Below, piece by piece: positions 9,622 to 19,130 of a DNA stretch of 64,000 bases. The notes below the pieces were generated by a model. That model was not told the origin of the DNA and made no database searches. It saw only the letters and a list, made by a program, of their open reading frames with translations. A program made the position numbers and the translations under genes. This stretch comes from Bacteriovoracia bacterium (lineage in GTDB: Bacteria > Bdellovibrionota > UBA1018 > JBFWNL01), in the NCBI GenBank assembly GCA_050251055.1, contig JBFWNL010000004.1:1-64000 (forward strand), given 5' to 3'. Every line of letters starts with the position of its first letter. Position 1 is the stretch's first letter.

Positions 9622-9650
9622 TTGACACGTAGCGTTGGTGTTGCTATCGT
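9622..9650 (+). promoter_or_regulatory. Sigma70-type promoter for the 9714 gene
   Basis: TTGACA-N17-TATCGT with TG extension; IHF-like AATCAATTACTTA on the minus strand at 9667-9679. Confidence 0.5.
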
Positions 9651-9713
9651 GCGCGACGCTTTATGTTAAGTAATTGATTTTACTTGAGTAATTAAGACAA
9701 GAGAGATGAGAGC

Positions 9714-11681
9714 ATGAGCCTTCTAAACCGTCCAGTCGTGGTGATCCTTTCAGGATTGAGTTTAATCGTACAGAGCGCGGTAGCGGAGCCGCCGAAGCGC
9801 GGAAATCCTCCCGGCGGTGGCGGAGGTTCGGGAAAGCCCAACTCCAGCGACGACAACCGCCGCCGTCCGCCCGCTGCGCCGCGCGCGAATCCGGCCACCC
9901 CGCCGGCGGGCGCAAAGCCACCGACTTCCACGAGACCGAATCAGCCCGCACAACCCGACGATCGTCGGCGCGGTCCCGGTAATCCCACGCGCAAGCCGAA
10001 TCCTCCCACGACTTCTCCCGATCCGCGCCGAGGAAATCCGGGCACGCCACCGGCTGGCCCTCGTCCCGGAGACCGCCGTGGTCCAGGCCAACCGACGCCC
10101 CCGAATCCGAGCTCGAACGCGCCTGGGCGAGATAACGACCGTCGGCGCACGCCCGGCCCGAATCCTCCGGTCGCGACTCCCGACCCTCGCCGAGGAAATC
10201 CTCCGGTCGTCGTACATCGCCCACCGGCCGGCCACCATCGCGTGACCAATGGCGCCGGGCGCCCCGTGGTGATCCGCAAATCTCCGTGGGTGATCGAAGC
10301 GGAAAACCGCTCGCGCAACCACGTCGATTTCATGCGGCGCGACCCGGTTTGCTCGGATCGGATCAGCAACATTCGCCGTATCTACGTCGGCACGCACTAC
10401 ACGGCCGCCAGCTACCAGGCACGCACCCGGCACTATTTCGACCACTGGTCGAGCTGGCATAACCGCTGGAACACGGGCTGCGGATCGTACTACCGCCATG
10501 GCTTTTACGGCGGGTTTTACTACCCATTTTACGAATGCCGCGTACACGACTATTTCCACTACCCGCTCGTGAACTGGATGTGGGTCTCCACCTGGGACGA
10601 CGGCCTGTGGGTAAGCTGGTACGGCGTCGGCTACCGCGTACGCCCGTTCCGCTACGCCGGCTGGTACTACCCGACGGTCGTCATGAAGGATGTCGCCGTG
10701 ACCTACAGCTCGTACTCCGTCACGAAGCAAAGCCTTTTCCGCGACGCGATGGAATACATGACGTTGCGCTTGGAGCAGAAAGTCTCGGAAGTCGAGCAGC
10801 GCGCGGTGAGCTTGGGCGAGAACGACATCGTCATCAGCCATTCGGAAATTCTGGCGGGTGGCGATGCGCTCGTGCTCGAAGGCACGGTAAACGTCGGCGA
10901 TTACTCGCTCGCCTTCAAAGCGGTGCTCGACCTCGTGAATCCCGCCTCGACGATCGTGTTTCTGCCGGGCAGCCAGGCCGCGATGGCGCGCGCCAATGCG
11001 CCGGCCAGCGTGGACTTCACGCCCGCCGAAGTCACGGAAGTGGAACTACTCAACGCCAAGATCGCCGCCGCCGGAGGAGATCCCCTCGCGGCACCCGTGA
11101 TCAGCGCCGAGGAAACTGCCGCGGACGATTTGGATGCGACGGACGGAGACGACGACACCGACTCCACGGTCGTCGTGCCACCGCCAGCGACCGAATCGCC
11201 ACCCGTAGGGGAAGATCCCCCAGGACAGGAACCGGGTTCTCCCGCCGACGAACCGGCGCCGCCCGTCGTGGAAGCGCCCCCGACGCCGAATCGCGGTCGC
11301 CCGATTGTCATCGCCGGCCCGAACACGATGCCTGGAGAAATACACCTCGAACAGAACGTGAAGCACCTCGACGTAGATTGCAAGTTCGCGAATGGTCAAA
11401 CATACCGGATCACTCATCTGAAGGTTGACCACAAGGACGGCAGCCCGACCGCGCGGGTGGAGATCAAACGCGAGACAACGAAATTTTGGGATAATAAGGC
11501 TACGTACGACGTGCCCCAGCAAGCGCTCGCTAAATTTCCGATTCATTTCGCGTTTAGCCGACTGGGAATCCCCTTCATCGGTGACGGCGCATTCGCGAAG
11601 TTCATGGACGAGGCTGTCGCGCCGGCCTCGGTAAACGCCAAGGACAACTGGCGGATCTTAAGCTGCGAGGAACGGTTCTAG
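9714..11681 (+). CDS. Secreted Pro/Arg-rich repeat protein, unknown function
   Basis: Signal peptide ending AVA-E, PDPRRGNP-type repeats, Tyr/Trp/His-rich segment, acidic Pro-rich linker, C-terminal globular domain. Confidence 0.75.
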   Translation: MSLLNRPVVVILSGLSLIVQSAVAEPPKRGNPPGGGGGSGKPNSSDDNRRRPPAAPRANPATPPAGAKPPTSTRPNQPAQPDDRRRGPGNPTRKPNPPTTSPDPRRGNPGTPPAGPRPGDRRGPGQPTPPNPSSNAPGRDNDRRRTPGPNPPVATPDPRRGNPPVVVHRPPAGHHRVTNGAGRPVVIRKSPWVIEAENRSRNHVDFMRRDPVCSDRISNIRRIYVGTHYTAASYQARTRHYFDHWSSWHNRWNTGCGSYYRHGFYGGFYYPFYECRVHDYFHYPLVNWMWVSTWDDGLWVSWYGVGYRVRPFRYAGWYYPTVVMKDVAVTYSSYSVTKQSLFRDAMEYMTLRLEQKVSEVEQRAVSLGENDIVISHSEILAGGDALVLEGTVNVGDYSLAFKAVLDLVNPASTIVFLPGSQAAMARANAPASVDFTPAEVTEVELLNAKIAAAGGDPLAAPVISAEETAADDLDATDGDDDTDSTVVVPPPATESPPVGEDPPGQEPGSPADEPAPPVVEAPPTPNRGRPIVIAGPNTMPGEIHLEQNVKHLDVDCKFANGQTYRITHLKVDHKDGSPTARVEIKRETTKFWDNKATYDVPQQALAKFPIHFAFSRLGIPFIGDGAFAKFMDEAVAPASVNAKDNWRILSCEERF

Positions 11682-12298
11682 GGTGTAGTTTTCGCCTGGG
11701 CTTTGATCAAAGCCGGGATGCCTTGATCTTTCCATTCCTGAAGATTCGTCGGCAGGTGGTTGGCCAAGAGATCGCGCAGAAAGTCATTCTGCTTTTGCTC
11801 GTAGAAAGCCAACAGATCTTTCAAGATTGAGTGCAAGTCTGCCTCGAGCAGATTAATGGATTGATCCAAGCCCGCGCGGGATACCGTCTTCACGGTGGCG
11901 AAAGTTTGCACGGTCGTCTCTAGCCCATTGGCCAAACCATTGAACCGGGCATGAAAGTCCGCGTTGCCGATCTCCTGACTCAGAGACTGACTGAGCCGGA
12001 TCAAATGATCCATGAAATCCATCAACACGGTAAGAGTTTCCGAAGCAACCTGTTGGGGGGTGGAGGTGAGGACTTCGATCGAGTTGATCTGCTGGAGATT
12101 CAGGCCCGCTAGCTGCTTTTCGTTCGCGTCGGTAAGCTCGATGCCGTCCACGAGCACGGAGGCGACCAGCTCATGCTCGTTCGAATACTTTCGGTAGATC
12201 TGCTGGACGTATTCGCCCAAGTTTTGGATGCTCGGCGCGCCCGACGCGCCAACCCAACCCGAATCTTCCTTGCGCCCATTCACGATAAAATCTTTCAT
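11678..12298 (-). CDS. Hypothetical protein, last gene of the fliD-fliS block
   Basis: Start overlaps the upstream stop; helical protein with normal composition. Confidence 0.75.
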   Translation of the reverse strand: MKDFIVNGRKEDSGWVGASGAPSIQNLGEYVQQIYRKYSNEHELVASVLVDGIELTDANEKQLAGLNLQQINSIEVLTSTPQQVASETLTVLMDFMDHLIRLSQSLSQEIGNADFHARFNGLANGLETTVQTFATVKTVSRAGLDQSINLLEADLHSILKDLLAFYEQKQNDFLRDLLANHLPTNLQEWKDQGIPALIKAQAKTTP

Positions 12299-14103
12299 AC
12301 TTCCTCCTCTATTTCCGATCGGCGGGACGCGACCTTAGCGCCGCGAACCACGGCCATCGGCTTCGCGAGCTTAATGGTGTGTTTCAGCCAGTCCCGGAAA
12401 ATTTTCACGCCTTCGCCGAGCTTTCGGTAAGCGTCCGCGCTCTCCTTGCCCAGCTCGGCGACCCGGCTGCCGTTCAGGTTGTGCATCATTACTTTGGACA
12501 TTTGCGAAAACGCCTTCAATGGGGCCTGGGTGTTCGCCAGGCGCTCGATGAGCGCATCCAGCTCCTTGAGCTTCCCGCCCAGCTCGTTGAGCACTCGTTT
12601 GTCCTCGAGATTCATCAGGCGCTCTGACTTTAGCTTCGCACTGCGCTCGGCGAGCAGCATGGCCGTTCCCATCGCTTCGTCGCAGACCTTGGATAGAATC
12701 TGGGAACCCTCGTCCAATCCACGCAGCTGCGCGATTAGATCCGAATCGATGCGATCGCGCGACAGCTCTTGGCCCACCGGCGCCAGCCACCCGCAATACC
12801 AGGCGCGGGCGATCTGCCCCATGACGATGGAGGACCAGTCGTCCACACGGAATGCACGTTTAATCAACGGCTCAAACAGCACGCCGCCACCTTCGGTCGT
12901 CGGACGGATGCGCGAACGGAAGATCCGGCAGCTTTTCAGGTGGGCCGACCAACCCAGCTGGTCGAAATGCGCTTCCAGGCTCTTCGATCGCTGATGTGAC
13001 CATTCGCTCGCGGCGTAAGACCAACCGGCGTACGCGGCCTCCGCGGTGATACCACGATCAGTGGGCGCGATCACGTAATGTCCGTTGCCGTAGGGGCCGG
13101 TCTCGACCCAGCGCACGGGGCCAATCGAAAGATTGAAAACGCGGGTGCCCAGCACGCTCGCCAGATGAATCACTGCGGTGTCGCCGGCCACGACCCACTG
13201 GCAACGGCTCACGACCGAGGCCCAAAGATCGAAGCTGGTTTTCCCAACCAGAGAGACGATACGATCGGTGTTCGGGTAAGCCTGCTGCACGCGCTTCAGG
13301 AAGCGCGTCGCCCGGCCTTGATCTTCCTTGCCACCCAAGATGACGAGGCTGTAGTCGGGGTGCCGCTTGAGCAGCTGAACGGCAAACGCCGCCCACCGCC
13401 GCATCGGCCAGATTTTTTTCTGCGCGCCGGCGCCCAGCTGTATAGCCAGCCACTTGCGCGAGCTGTACTTCCAGTTCCATTCGAATTCGGAAGTGGTGGG
13501 CTCGAGATTGAAGAAGCCCTTGGAGGTCACGGGTTCGTTGCCGCGATCGAGCGGATCGCCGAAATGGATCTGTAGCGCGGTCAGAAGCTGCGTCGTAAGT
13601 ATGTCCGTGAGGTGGATGTTCTGATCGATCTTGCCTTGCACGATGGCCTGCACGTAATGGCTCCAGTCGTCGGCGCACTGAAAAGAGGTGTCACGGCGGC
13701 GGGAGTACCCAAGCTTTACGTTCGCCGGAATAAGTGCGGTGAGATAGCTGCTCGCTTCGGAGTAGGACCAGTTCACGACGAAATCCCAAGGCGAGCGCAC
13801 CAAAGGCCCCAACCACTGGGCGAGCATCTGCACTCCTTCGGCGGGCGCCCGCTTTTGCTCCAAGATCGGACCCAGCAAAGCCTCGGTGTCGAGCTCGACC
13901 ACGCTCTCAATCCAGGGGACGCGCCTGACGGCGGCCGCGAACTTGCCGCGGGCGATGAAGTGAATTTCGAGTTCGGGATAAAGCTGCTTGGCCGCGCGCA
14001 GAGCCATCAGGCTCTGTAACGTATCGCCCAGCCTAGCCAACTGAATGACCAGACAGCGAATCGGTTTTTTACCCTCTACGGGCGTCTTGTTCGAGGCGAT
14101 CAA
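12295..14103 (-). CDS. Glycosyltransferase family 9 (heptosyltransferase-like) with helical C-terminal extension
   Basis: LVIQLARLGD, IQLGAGAQKKIWP, LVGKTS, VAGDTAVIHLASVLG. Confidence 0.9.
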   Translation of the reverse strand: MIASNKTPVEGKKPIRCLVIQLARLGDTLQSLMALRAAKQLYPELEIHFIARGKFAAAVRRVPWIESVVELDTEALLGPILEQKRAPAEGVQMLAQWLGPLVRSPWDFVVNWSYSEASSYLTALIPANVKLGYSRRRDTSFQCADDWSHYVQAIVQGKIDQNIHLTDILTTQLLTALQIHFGDPLDRGNEPVTSKGFFNLEPTTSEFEWNWKYSSRKWLAIQLGAGAQKKIWPMRRWAAFAVQLLKRHPDYSLVILGGKEDQGRATRFLKRVQQAYPNTDRIVSLVGKTSFDLWASVVSRCQWVVAGDTAVIHLASVLGTRVFNLSIGPVRWVETGPYGNGHYVIAPTDRGITAEAAYAGWSYAASEWSHQRSKSLEAHFDQLGWSAHLKSCRIFRSRIRPTTEGGGVLFEPLIKRAFRVDDWSSIVMGQIARAWYCGWLAPVGQELSRDRIDSDLIAQLRGLDEGSQILSKVCDEAMGTAMLLAERSAKLKSERLMNLEDKRVLNELGGKLKELDALIERLANTQAPLKAFSQMSKVMMHNLNGSRVAELGKESADAYRKLGEGVKIFRDWLKHTIKLAKPMAVVRGAKVASRRSEIEEEV

Positions 14104-14206
14104 GCTCCGGCTCCCTTCCCTGGATCGGCGTTTGCTCCTCCATTAAAGCCCGCAGAAAGCCATAAAGCAACTGCTCGACCTGCATTTCCTCGTGCGAATC
14201 CTGCAT
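14069..14206 (-). CDS. Putative 45-aa small protein
   Basis: MQDSHEEMQVEQLLYGFLRALMEEQTPIQGREPELDRLEQDARRG; GGAGG upstream; fills the gap between the TPR and GT9 genes. Confidence 0.4.
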   Translation of the reverse strand: MQDSHEEMQVEQLLYGFLRALMEEQTPIQGREPELDRLEQDARRG

Positions 14207-14236
14207 TTCCGTCCTCCATGACAGAAACCCGGGTGC

Positions 14237-15415
14237 TTACGTCAGCAATGATTGCAGCGCGCGCGCTCCCTGGTGATCGGGCCTCATACCCAAAAGCTGT
14301 TGCACCGTAGCCGTGGCGTCATCCATGAGGCCTAAGTGGTACTGCATGCCGGCTAGGCTATAGAGCAGGTTCGCGTTAACGGGCGAAACCTGGATGTAAT
14401 CCCGCACCAATCGTTCGGCGGGCTGGTAAACCTTCAGTTCGTAAGCGCATTTCACGAGATAGTAGATGGCCGTGGAGTTCCGAATGTCCGCCTCCAACGC
14501 CTTCACGAACGCGTCGAGCGCTTCGCGCTTTTTACCTTCGGTGATGAAGCAGCAGCCGACCCCCACCCACGCACGGTCGTTGGCGGGATTAGCCGACGCC
14601 GCATCCTGGTAAGCACGCTTCGCGTTAAGCATATCGCCGCAATTTAAATAGAGCGTACCTAAGTTGGACTGGATCTCATCGGCGGCGGGATTTACACCCA
14701 GGGCCGCCTTATAATGTTGTTCCGCCGGCTCGCGTTTACCCACCCGCACCCAGCAGTTGCCCGCCAGCTTATGCAGCTCGAAGCGTGTCGGATCCGGCAC
14801 CGACTTCATGCGTAGGGCCCGGTCGATGACCTCCGCCGCGTATTGGTCCTTCTCGCGCTTGAGCAGCACCTGCACCAATCGCTCGTAACATTCTAACGTC
14901 GGATGAAAGGCAATCGATTCCTCATAGAGCGACTCCGCCTGGGCGAGGTTGCCCTCCATTTCATGGGTCTTGCCCAAGCCGTACAAGGCCTGTGCGGAAT
15001 GCTCGCCCGACTGGTAAATGGATTGATAGACATTGCGAGCGAGCAGGTACTCGCCGGAATGCAAGAGCACGTCGGCGTTTTTCAACAAGTACTCGACGTT
15101 CAGCTGGCCGTCGGTTTTATAGATTTCCTGGTTTTGCCGGACTTCCGACTGGGAGGGAGCCATGGTCTCAACCCAGGGACTCGGCTCGGTGTCCGACGCA
15201 TCGACCCCTGCATTCACGCGCGGACGTACGCGCACGAGGTAACTCACCGTCTCCTGCGCGCTCGAAACATCGTCAAAAGAATTCAGGGCCTCTTCGAGGG
15301 TCCGAACCTGCACCATGCGGTTGCTGGTTCGCGGGACTTCGATCAGGTCTACCAGCTCGAACCCGGCCGGAATGATGGTGCCGTTCAAGGCTTCACGGAT
15401 GGTGACGTCTTTCAT
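14237..15415 (-). CDS. Tetratricopeptide-repeat protein
   Basis: Multiple TPR units such as ALYGLGKTHEMEGNLAQAESLYEESIAFHP. Confidence 0.9.
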   Translation of the reverse strand: MKDVTIREALNGTIIPAGFELVDLIEVPRTSNRMVQVRTLEEALNSFDDVSSAQETVSYLVRVRPRVNAGVDASDTEPSPWVETMAPSQSEVRQNQEIYKTDGQLNVEYLLKNADVLLHSGEYLLARNVYQSIYQSGEHSAQALYGLGKTHEMEGNLAQAESLYEESIAFHPTLECYERLVQVLLKREKDQYAAEVIDRALRMKSVPDPTRFELHKLAGNCWVRVGKREPAEQHYKAALGVNPAADEIQSNLGTLYLNCGDMLNAKRAYQDAASANPANDRAWVGVGCCFITEGKKREALDAFVKALEADIRNSTAIYYLVKCAYELKVYQPAERLVRDYIQVSPVNANLLYSLAGMQYHLGLMDDATATVQQLLGMRPDHQGARALQSLLT

Positions 15416-15846
15416 AACTTCTCGTCCAGCTCCTCGCCACCCTCTTGGATCCAGCTGCTCTTGAACTTGGCAATCGATTCCTTGGCTTTTTGGTTCGCCG
15501 TTATTTCGGTGCGAATCTTCGCCTGCTCGGCTTCGATACGCTCGATGATCTTGGCGTCGGTTTCTAGGATCTGCAAAACCAAAATTTCCTTTTGGGCGAG
15601 CAGCATCTTCACGTTTTCAATCACGATCGGATCCTTGTCTTCCGGCGTTAGGCCGACGGCGATCTCGCCGATTTTCCGATCATAGAGATCCAACGCCTTG
15701 AGGATCGCTTCGCGCTTCTCGTGGAACGCTTCCAGTCCGCTCAGGTCGCCCGCGTCGGCCTGCTTCAGGAAGTCGATCGACCAATCCAGGAACCGCATCA
15801 GGCAACGATTCTTCGTCCGCAGGATCGTAGTGACTTCCGATTTCAT
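15412..15846 (-). CDS. FliT/FlgN-like flagellar chaperone
   Basis: Helical 144-aa protein directly after fliS; LEAFHEKREAILKAL pattern. Confidence 0.55.
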   Translation of the reverse strand: MKSEVTTILRTKNRCLMRFLDWSIDFLKQADAGDLSGLEAFHEKREAILKALDLYDRKIGEIAVGLTPEDKDPIVIENVKMLLAQKEILVLQILETDAKIIERIEAEQAKIRTEITANQKAKESIAKFKSSWIQEGGEELDEKL

Positions 15847-16229
15847 TTGCTGACTCCTTTATTCACTTGCTCAACGGCGCCGCGCCACCCTTCGAGCAGG
15901 TTTTCCATGACCTTGATCACGGAAATCAACGGTTCCTTTTGATTTTCGACATTAGCCTTCAGGAGCTGTCCGATGCAGTAGTTGTAAAGGCCCTCGAGCT
16001 GCTTGGCGACCTCGCCACCGACCTCGAAGTTCAATGAGTTGTTAAGCTCGTTCAAGATGTCGTGGCTCTTCCCGATGGCGACGCCTTTTCCGTTCAGATC
16101 GTTCGCCTCGATGCACGCCACCGCGCGGCGCAGATGCCGAATCGCGGCCTCGTAGAGCATGATCAGGATCTGCCCCGGAGTCGCGGTTTTAACGGCGGTA
16201 CGCTTATATTGATTCGCTCCGTATGTCAT
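15843..16229 (-). CDS. fliS: Flagellin chaperone FliS
   Basis: VKTATPGQILIMLYEAAI, LNFEVGGEVAKQLEGLYNY, LLEGW. Confidence 0.96.
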   Translation of the reverse strand: MTYGANQYKRTAVKTATPGQILIMLYEAAIRHLRRAVACIEANDLNGKGVAIGKSHDILNELNNSLNFEVGGEVAKQLEGLYNYCIGQLLKANVENQKEPLISVIKVMENLLEGWRGAVEQVNKGVSK

Positions 16230-16237
16230 AGCCTACA

Positions 16238-17638
16238 TCACCCACCCAATAGTTGTTGCACCATACCACCCCCGCCGCCCGCGGCGCCCAGGGTCGCCTG
16301 CATGTAAGCCTGCTGCTGCTGCATGGCCCCCAAGGTCGCTTGCAAACGGGAAAACCGATCCACTAGATTCTGCGTCTTACGCTCGATGAGGCGCTCCTTG
16401 TTCGCGATCTGCGTGTCGATCTGATCGATCCGGGTGCGCAGCCCTTTTTCGCGCAACGCGAGCAGGCCGTCGTTCGGGCGACCATACACGTTGAGCACCT
16501 CGGCGAACTGGTTCACGAAGCCCATCTCGCCCGACACCGCTTCGGCGACGCCGTTGAAATCCACCTCGAGGGCCTTCGTGAATTTATCCTCGTTGAACTT
16601 CACGGTGCCTTCGCGGGTCATCTCGATGCCCATCTCGTTAAGATGCATGATGCGAAAATTATCTTCGCCGGGAACGCCAACACCGAAGCCCTCGTGCATG
16701 AGGTTGCGAAACCGGTATTCCACGCCCTGCAGGCCCGTGTCGCCCGTGAAGTTTTGCGACGTATCGGACTTTTCGTCGACCTTGTTTTGCGCGTTGATGA
16801 ACCCCAAAACGTTGTTGATGTTGTCGACCATTCCTTTCACTTTTCCGGAAACCTTCTGGTTGTCGACGGAAATGGTCATGGTGAAGGGCCGACCGGGCTT
16901 GGCTTCCTTCAAATGAATGTTCACGCCTTGAAGGAAATCCGGCACGTCGTTGCTGCCGGCCTCGATCTCGTAGTCGTCGACCTTCAGCTGGGCGTTGCGG
17001 GAATCGCGCGTTTCATTGATATAGAAATCGTCGTCGCCACCCAGGAAGTAGAACTCCGGGAAGTCGACTTGATTATCGTAGCCGTCTTTCTTGGCCTTCA
17101 CGATCAGCTTCCAGCCATTTTCTTCGTAGGCGTCGCGAATAACCGAGGCTTGCACAGGGGAGTCCTTTTGCGCATTGATCAGGTCGGCCACGCCGCGCAG
17201 GCTGGAGTGTTCCTCGTCAACGAAGATATCGAACTTTCCTTCGGGCCCGTAAGCGACGACGAATCCCATGCCGAGCACTTTCTCGTCAGGGTCGGCGAAG
17301 CCATTGGAGATCATCGATGCGCGACCGGCGAGCTCGTTGATCTCTATCGTGTAGTTACCCGGCTTGGCTTTGTCTTTGTCGACGGTGACGCTCATTAAAT
17401 TCTCGCCGTCACCCAGATCAACTTTCAATTCGGTCAACTTCTTGAAGGAAGAAATTTCATCGAGGGATTTTTTCAGGTCGGCAAACTTCGATTTGAATTC
17501 ACCGAAGAGCTTGATGCGGTTTTGTTCCTTGGCTTTGCGCGCCTCAAGCGCCTTGACGGGCTGCTTCTCAGCCTCGATCATCTGATTAACCAATTGCTTG
17601 AATTGACCCCCGCCTATGGGATCGAAACGTAAGCCCAT
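16238..17638 (-). CDS. fliD: Flagellar filament cap FliD
   Basis: LVNQMIEAEKQPV, NYTIEINELA, LQGVNIHLKE, LVDRFSRLQATLGAMQQQ; upstream of fliS. Confidence 0.93.
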   Translation of the reverse strand: MGLRFDPIGGGQFKQLVNQMIEAEKQPVKALEARKAKEQNRIKLFGEFKSKFADLKKSLDEISSFKKLTELKVDLGDGENLMSVTVDKDKAKPGNYTIEINELAGRASMISNGFADPDEKVLGMGFVVAYGPEGKFDIFVDEEHSSLRGVADLINAQKDSPVQASVIRDAYEENGWKLIVKAKKDGYDNQVDFPEFYFLGGDDDFYINETRDSRNAQLKVDDYEIEAGSNDVPDFLQGVNIHLKEAKPGRPFTMTISVDNQKVSGKVKGMVDNINNVLGFINAQNKVDEKSDTSQNFTGDTGLQGVEYRFRNLMHEGFGVGVPGEDNFRIMHLNEMGIEMTREGTVKFNEDKFTKALEVDFNGVAEAVSGEMGFVNQFAEVLNVYGRPNDGLLALREKGLRTRIDQIDTQIANKERLIERKTQNLVDRFSRLQATLGAMQQQQAYMQATLGAAGGGGGMVQQLLGG

Positions 17639-17753
17639 CGGATTAATTATGAATTTTATTTGGGGAACTCACAACCGGCAGAATCTTCCGGCCATCAAAA
17701 TCGAACGAGTCCAAGCCGGATACGCCAAGGCTTTGACGAATTTACGGATGCGG

Positions 17754-18491
17754 CTAGAAAGCCGTTCGGCGAAACCGGGATTCACCGGCGTCGAGCCGGA
17801 GATAAGTACCGTGCACTTTAGGATAACCCATATTGATGTACTGACCGCCGGAGCTAGGATCGATCCACTCGTCGGCATCGTGACAATGCCCGAGCACCAC
17901 GCATTGGAATCCGTCGCGAAGCCTTCGCTCCGCGTAGGCCCGGTAGATTCCACGCAGCCGCGAAAGCGCATCGGGCGCCATGGTTTTGGCGGCGTCCGCG
18001 TGCGCGCGACGGCTGAGCGAGGAGAGGATACGGCCAATCCATTTCATCGCGACGCCAGGACTCAGACGAGCGAAAGCTCGGAATCCGTCTCCCCGGAAAA
18101 ACGCCCGTAGTCGCAAATACCCGCGGTCGGATTCGTCCGCGAGATCGCCGTGCGCGACGAAGATCCGCCGGCCATCAAAATCGAGCGCGACTTCGCTCGC
18201 GTGCACGCGCACCGCCGGGATCTCCGCGTACTCGCCGCGCAGATGAAAATCATGATTGCCTTCGATGTAGTGAACGACCACGCCGCGGCTCTCGAGCTCC
18301 CAGAGAACCATCATGAATTCCGCATATTCTCGGGCGAAGACCGGGTTGCCACCCACGAAGACGTCGAAGATATCTCCGGCTAGCACGACGGAATCGCCAG
18401 CGGCGGTCGAACGCAACGCCTGCAATAGCCGCGCGTAGATCGGATCGATCGCGCTCTCGACGTGGAGATCGGAAAATACCAAGACACTCAT
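17754..18491 (-). CDS. lpxH: UDP-2,3-diacylglucosamine hydrolase (calcineurin-like)
   Basis: SDLH, GDIFD, GNHDF, AHGD, LGHCH. Confidence 0.85.
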   Translation of the reverse strand: MSVLVFSDLHVESAIDPIYARLLQALRSTAAGDSVVLAGDIFDVFVGGNPVFAREYAEFMMVLWELESRGVVVHYIEGNHDFHLRGEYAEIPAVRVHASEVALDFDGRRIFVAHGDLADESDRGYLRLRAFFRGDGFRAFARLSPGVAMKWIGRILSSLSRRAHADAAKTMAPDALSRLRGIYRAYAERRLRDGFQCVVLGHCHDADEWIDPSSGGQYINMGYPKVHGTYLRLDAGESRFRRTAF

Positions 18492-18560
18492 GTAAATTTG
18501 GAAGTATCGGGGCTTAAGCGAGCCGTCAATTCTAGTTTTTTTCGGTCTAGATTTTTTGGT

Positions 18561-18944
18561 CTAGAGTTTTTGATCCAGTATCTTTCCGGCGCCCTTGCCG
18601 GACTTCGCGACGGATTCGCGTAACTTCAGGAACTCCTCGCCTGTCATCTGACGCACGACCTTGCCGCTACCGTCCTTCAGCGTGACCTGTAGACCAGGGC
18701 CGGTGCCCGATGCCGTTGCGGTCAATCCGTTGTGCCGAGTTTGATTGTCCTGGGTGAAAGCATCCATGGCGGCCGTGACCTTTTCATCGTTCACGGCGAT
18801 GGCTTCGTCGTCGTCGCGACGGCGCTCGTCGCCCGCTTGCTGCTGAGACTGTTGCTGAAAAGAGCCCGAATCGGCTTTTTCGTGCACCTGCTCGGCGATC
18901 TTCGGGAACGGCTGAAATGTCTGGCTCGTGGCTTTGACTCGCAA
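18561..18944 (-). CDS. FlaG-like flagellar protein
   Basis: QVTLKDGSGKVVRQMTGEEFLKL...GKILDQKL resembles the FlaG C-terminus; lies between flagellin and fliD. Confidence 0.65.
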   Translation of the reverse strand: MRVKATSQTFQPFPKIAEQVHEKADSGSFQQQSQQQAGDERRRDDDEAIAVNDEKVTAAMDAFTQDNQTRHNGLTATASGTGPGLQVTLKDGSGKVVRQMTGEEFLKLRESVAKSGKGAGKILDQKL

Positions 18945-18973
18945 CGAATTTACCCCGCTTTCTCTCCTCTTAC

Positions 18974-19001
18974 GGGTCGGCGGGAATGCCCCAAAACCTT
19001 A
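18974..19001 (-). promoter_or_regulatory. Possible sigma28 (FliA) promoter for the flaG-like gene
   Basis: Minus strand TAAG-N16-GCCGACCC (spacer one base longer than consensus). Confidence 0.35.
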
Positions 19002-19130
19002 GGTCGGGCCCGACCCAGGTATGCCAGTAATTTGACGCACAAAGTCTCACAGATGACACTTTTCCTAGGTTTTCGTCACCAGATGCGGTGGTGGAGTCTG
19101 GCGGAATCGAAGAATCATCCCTATTAGCTC

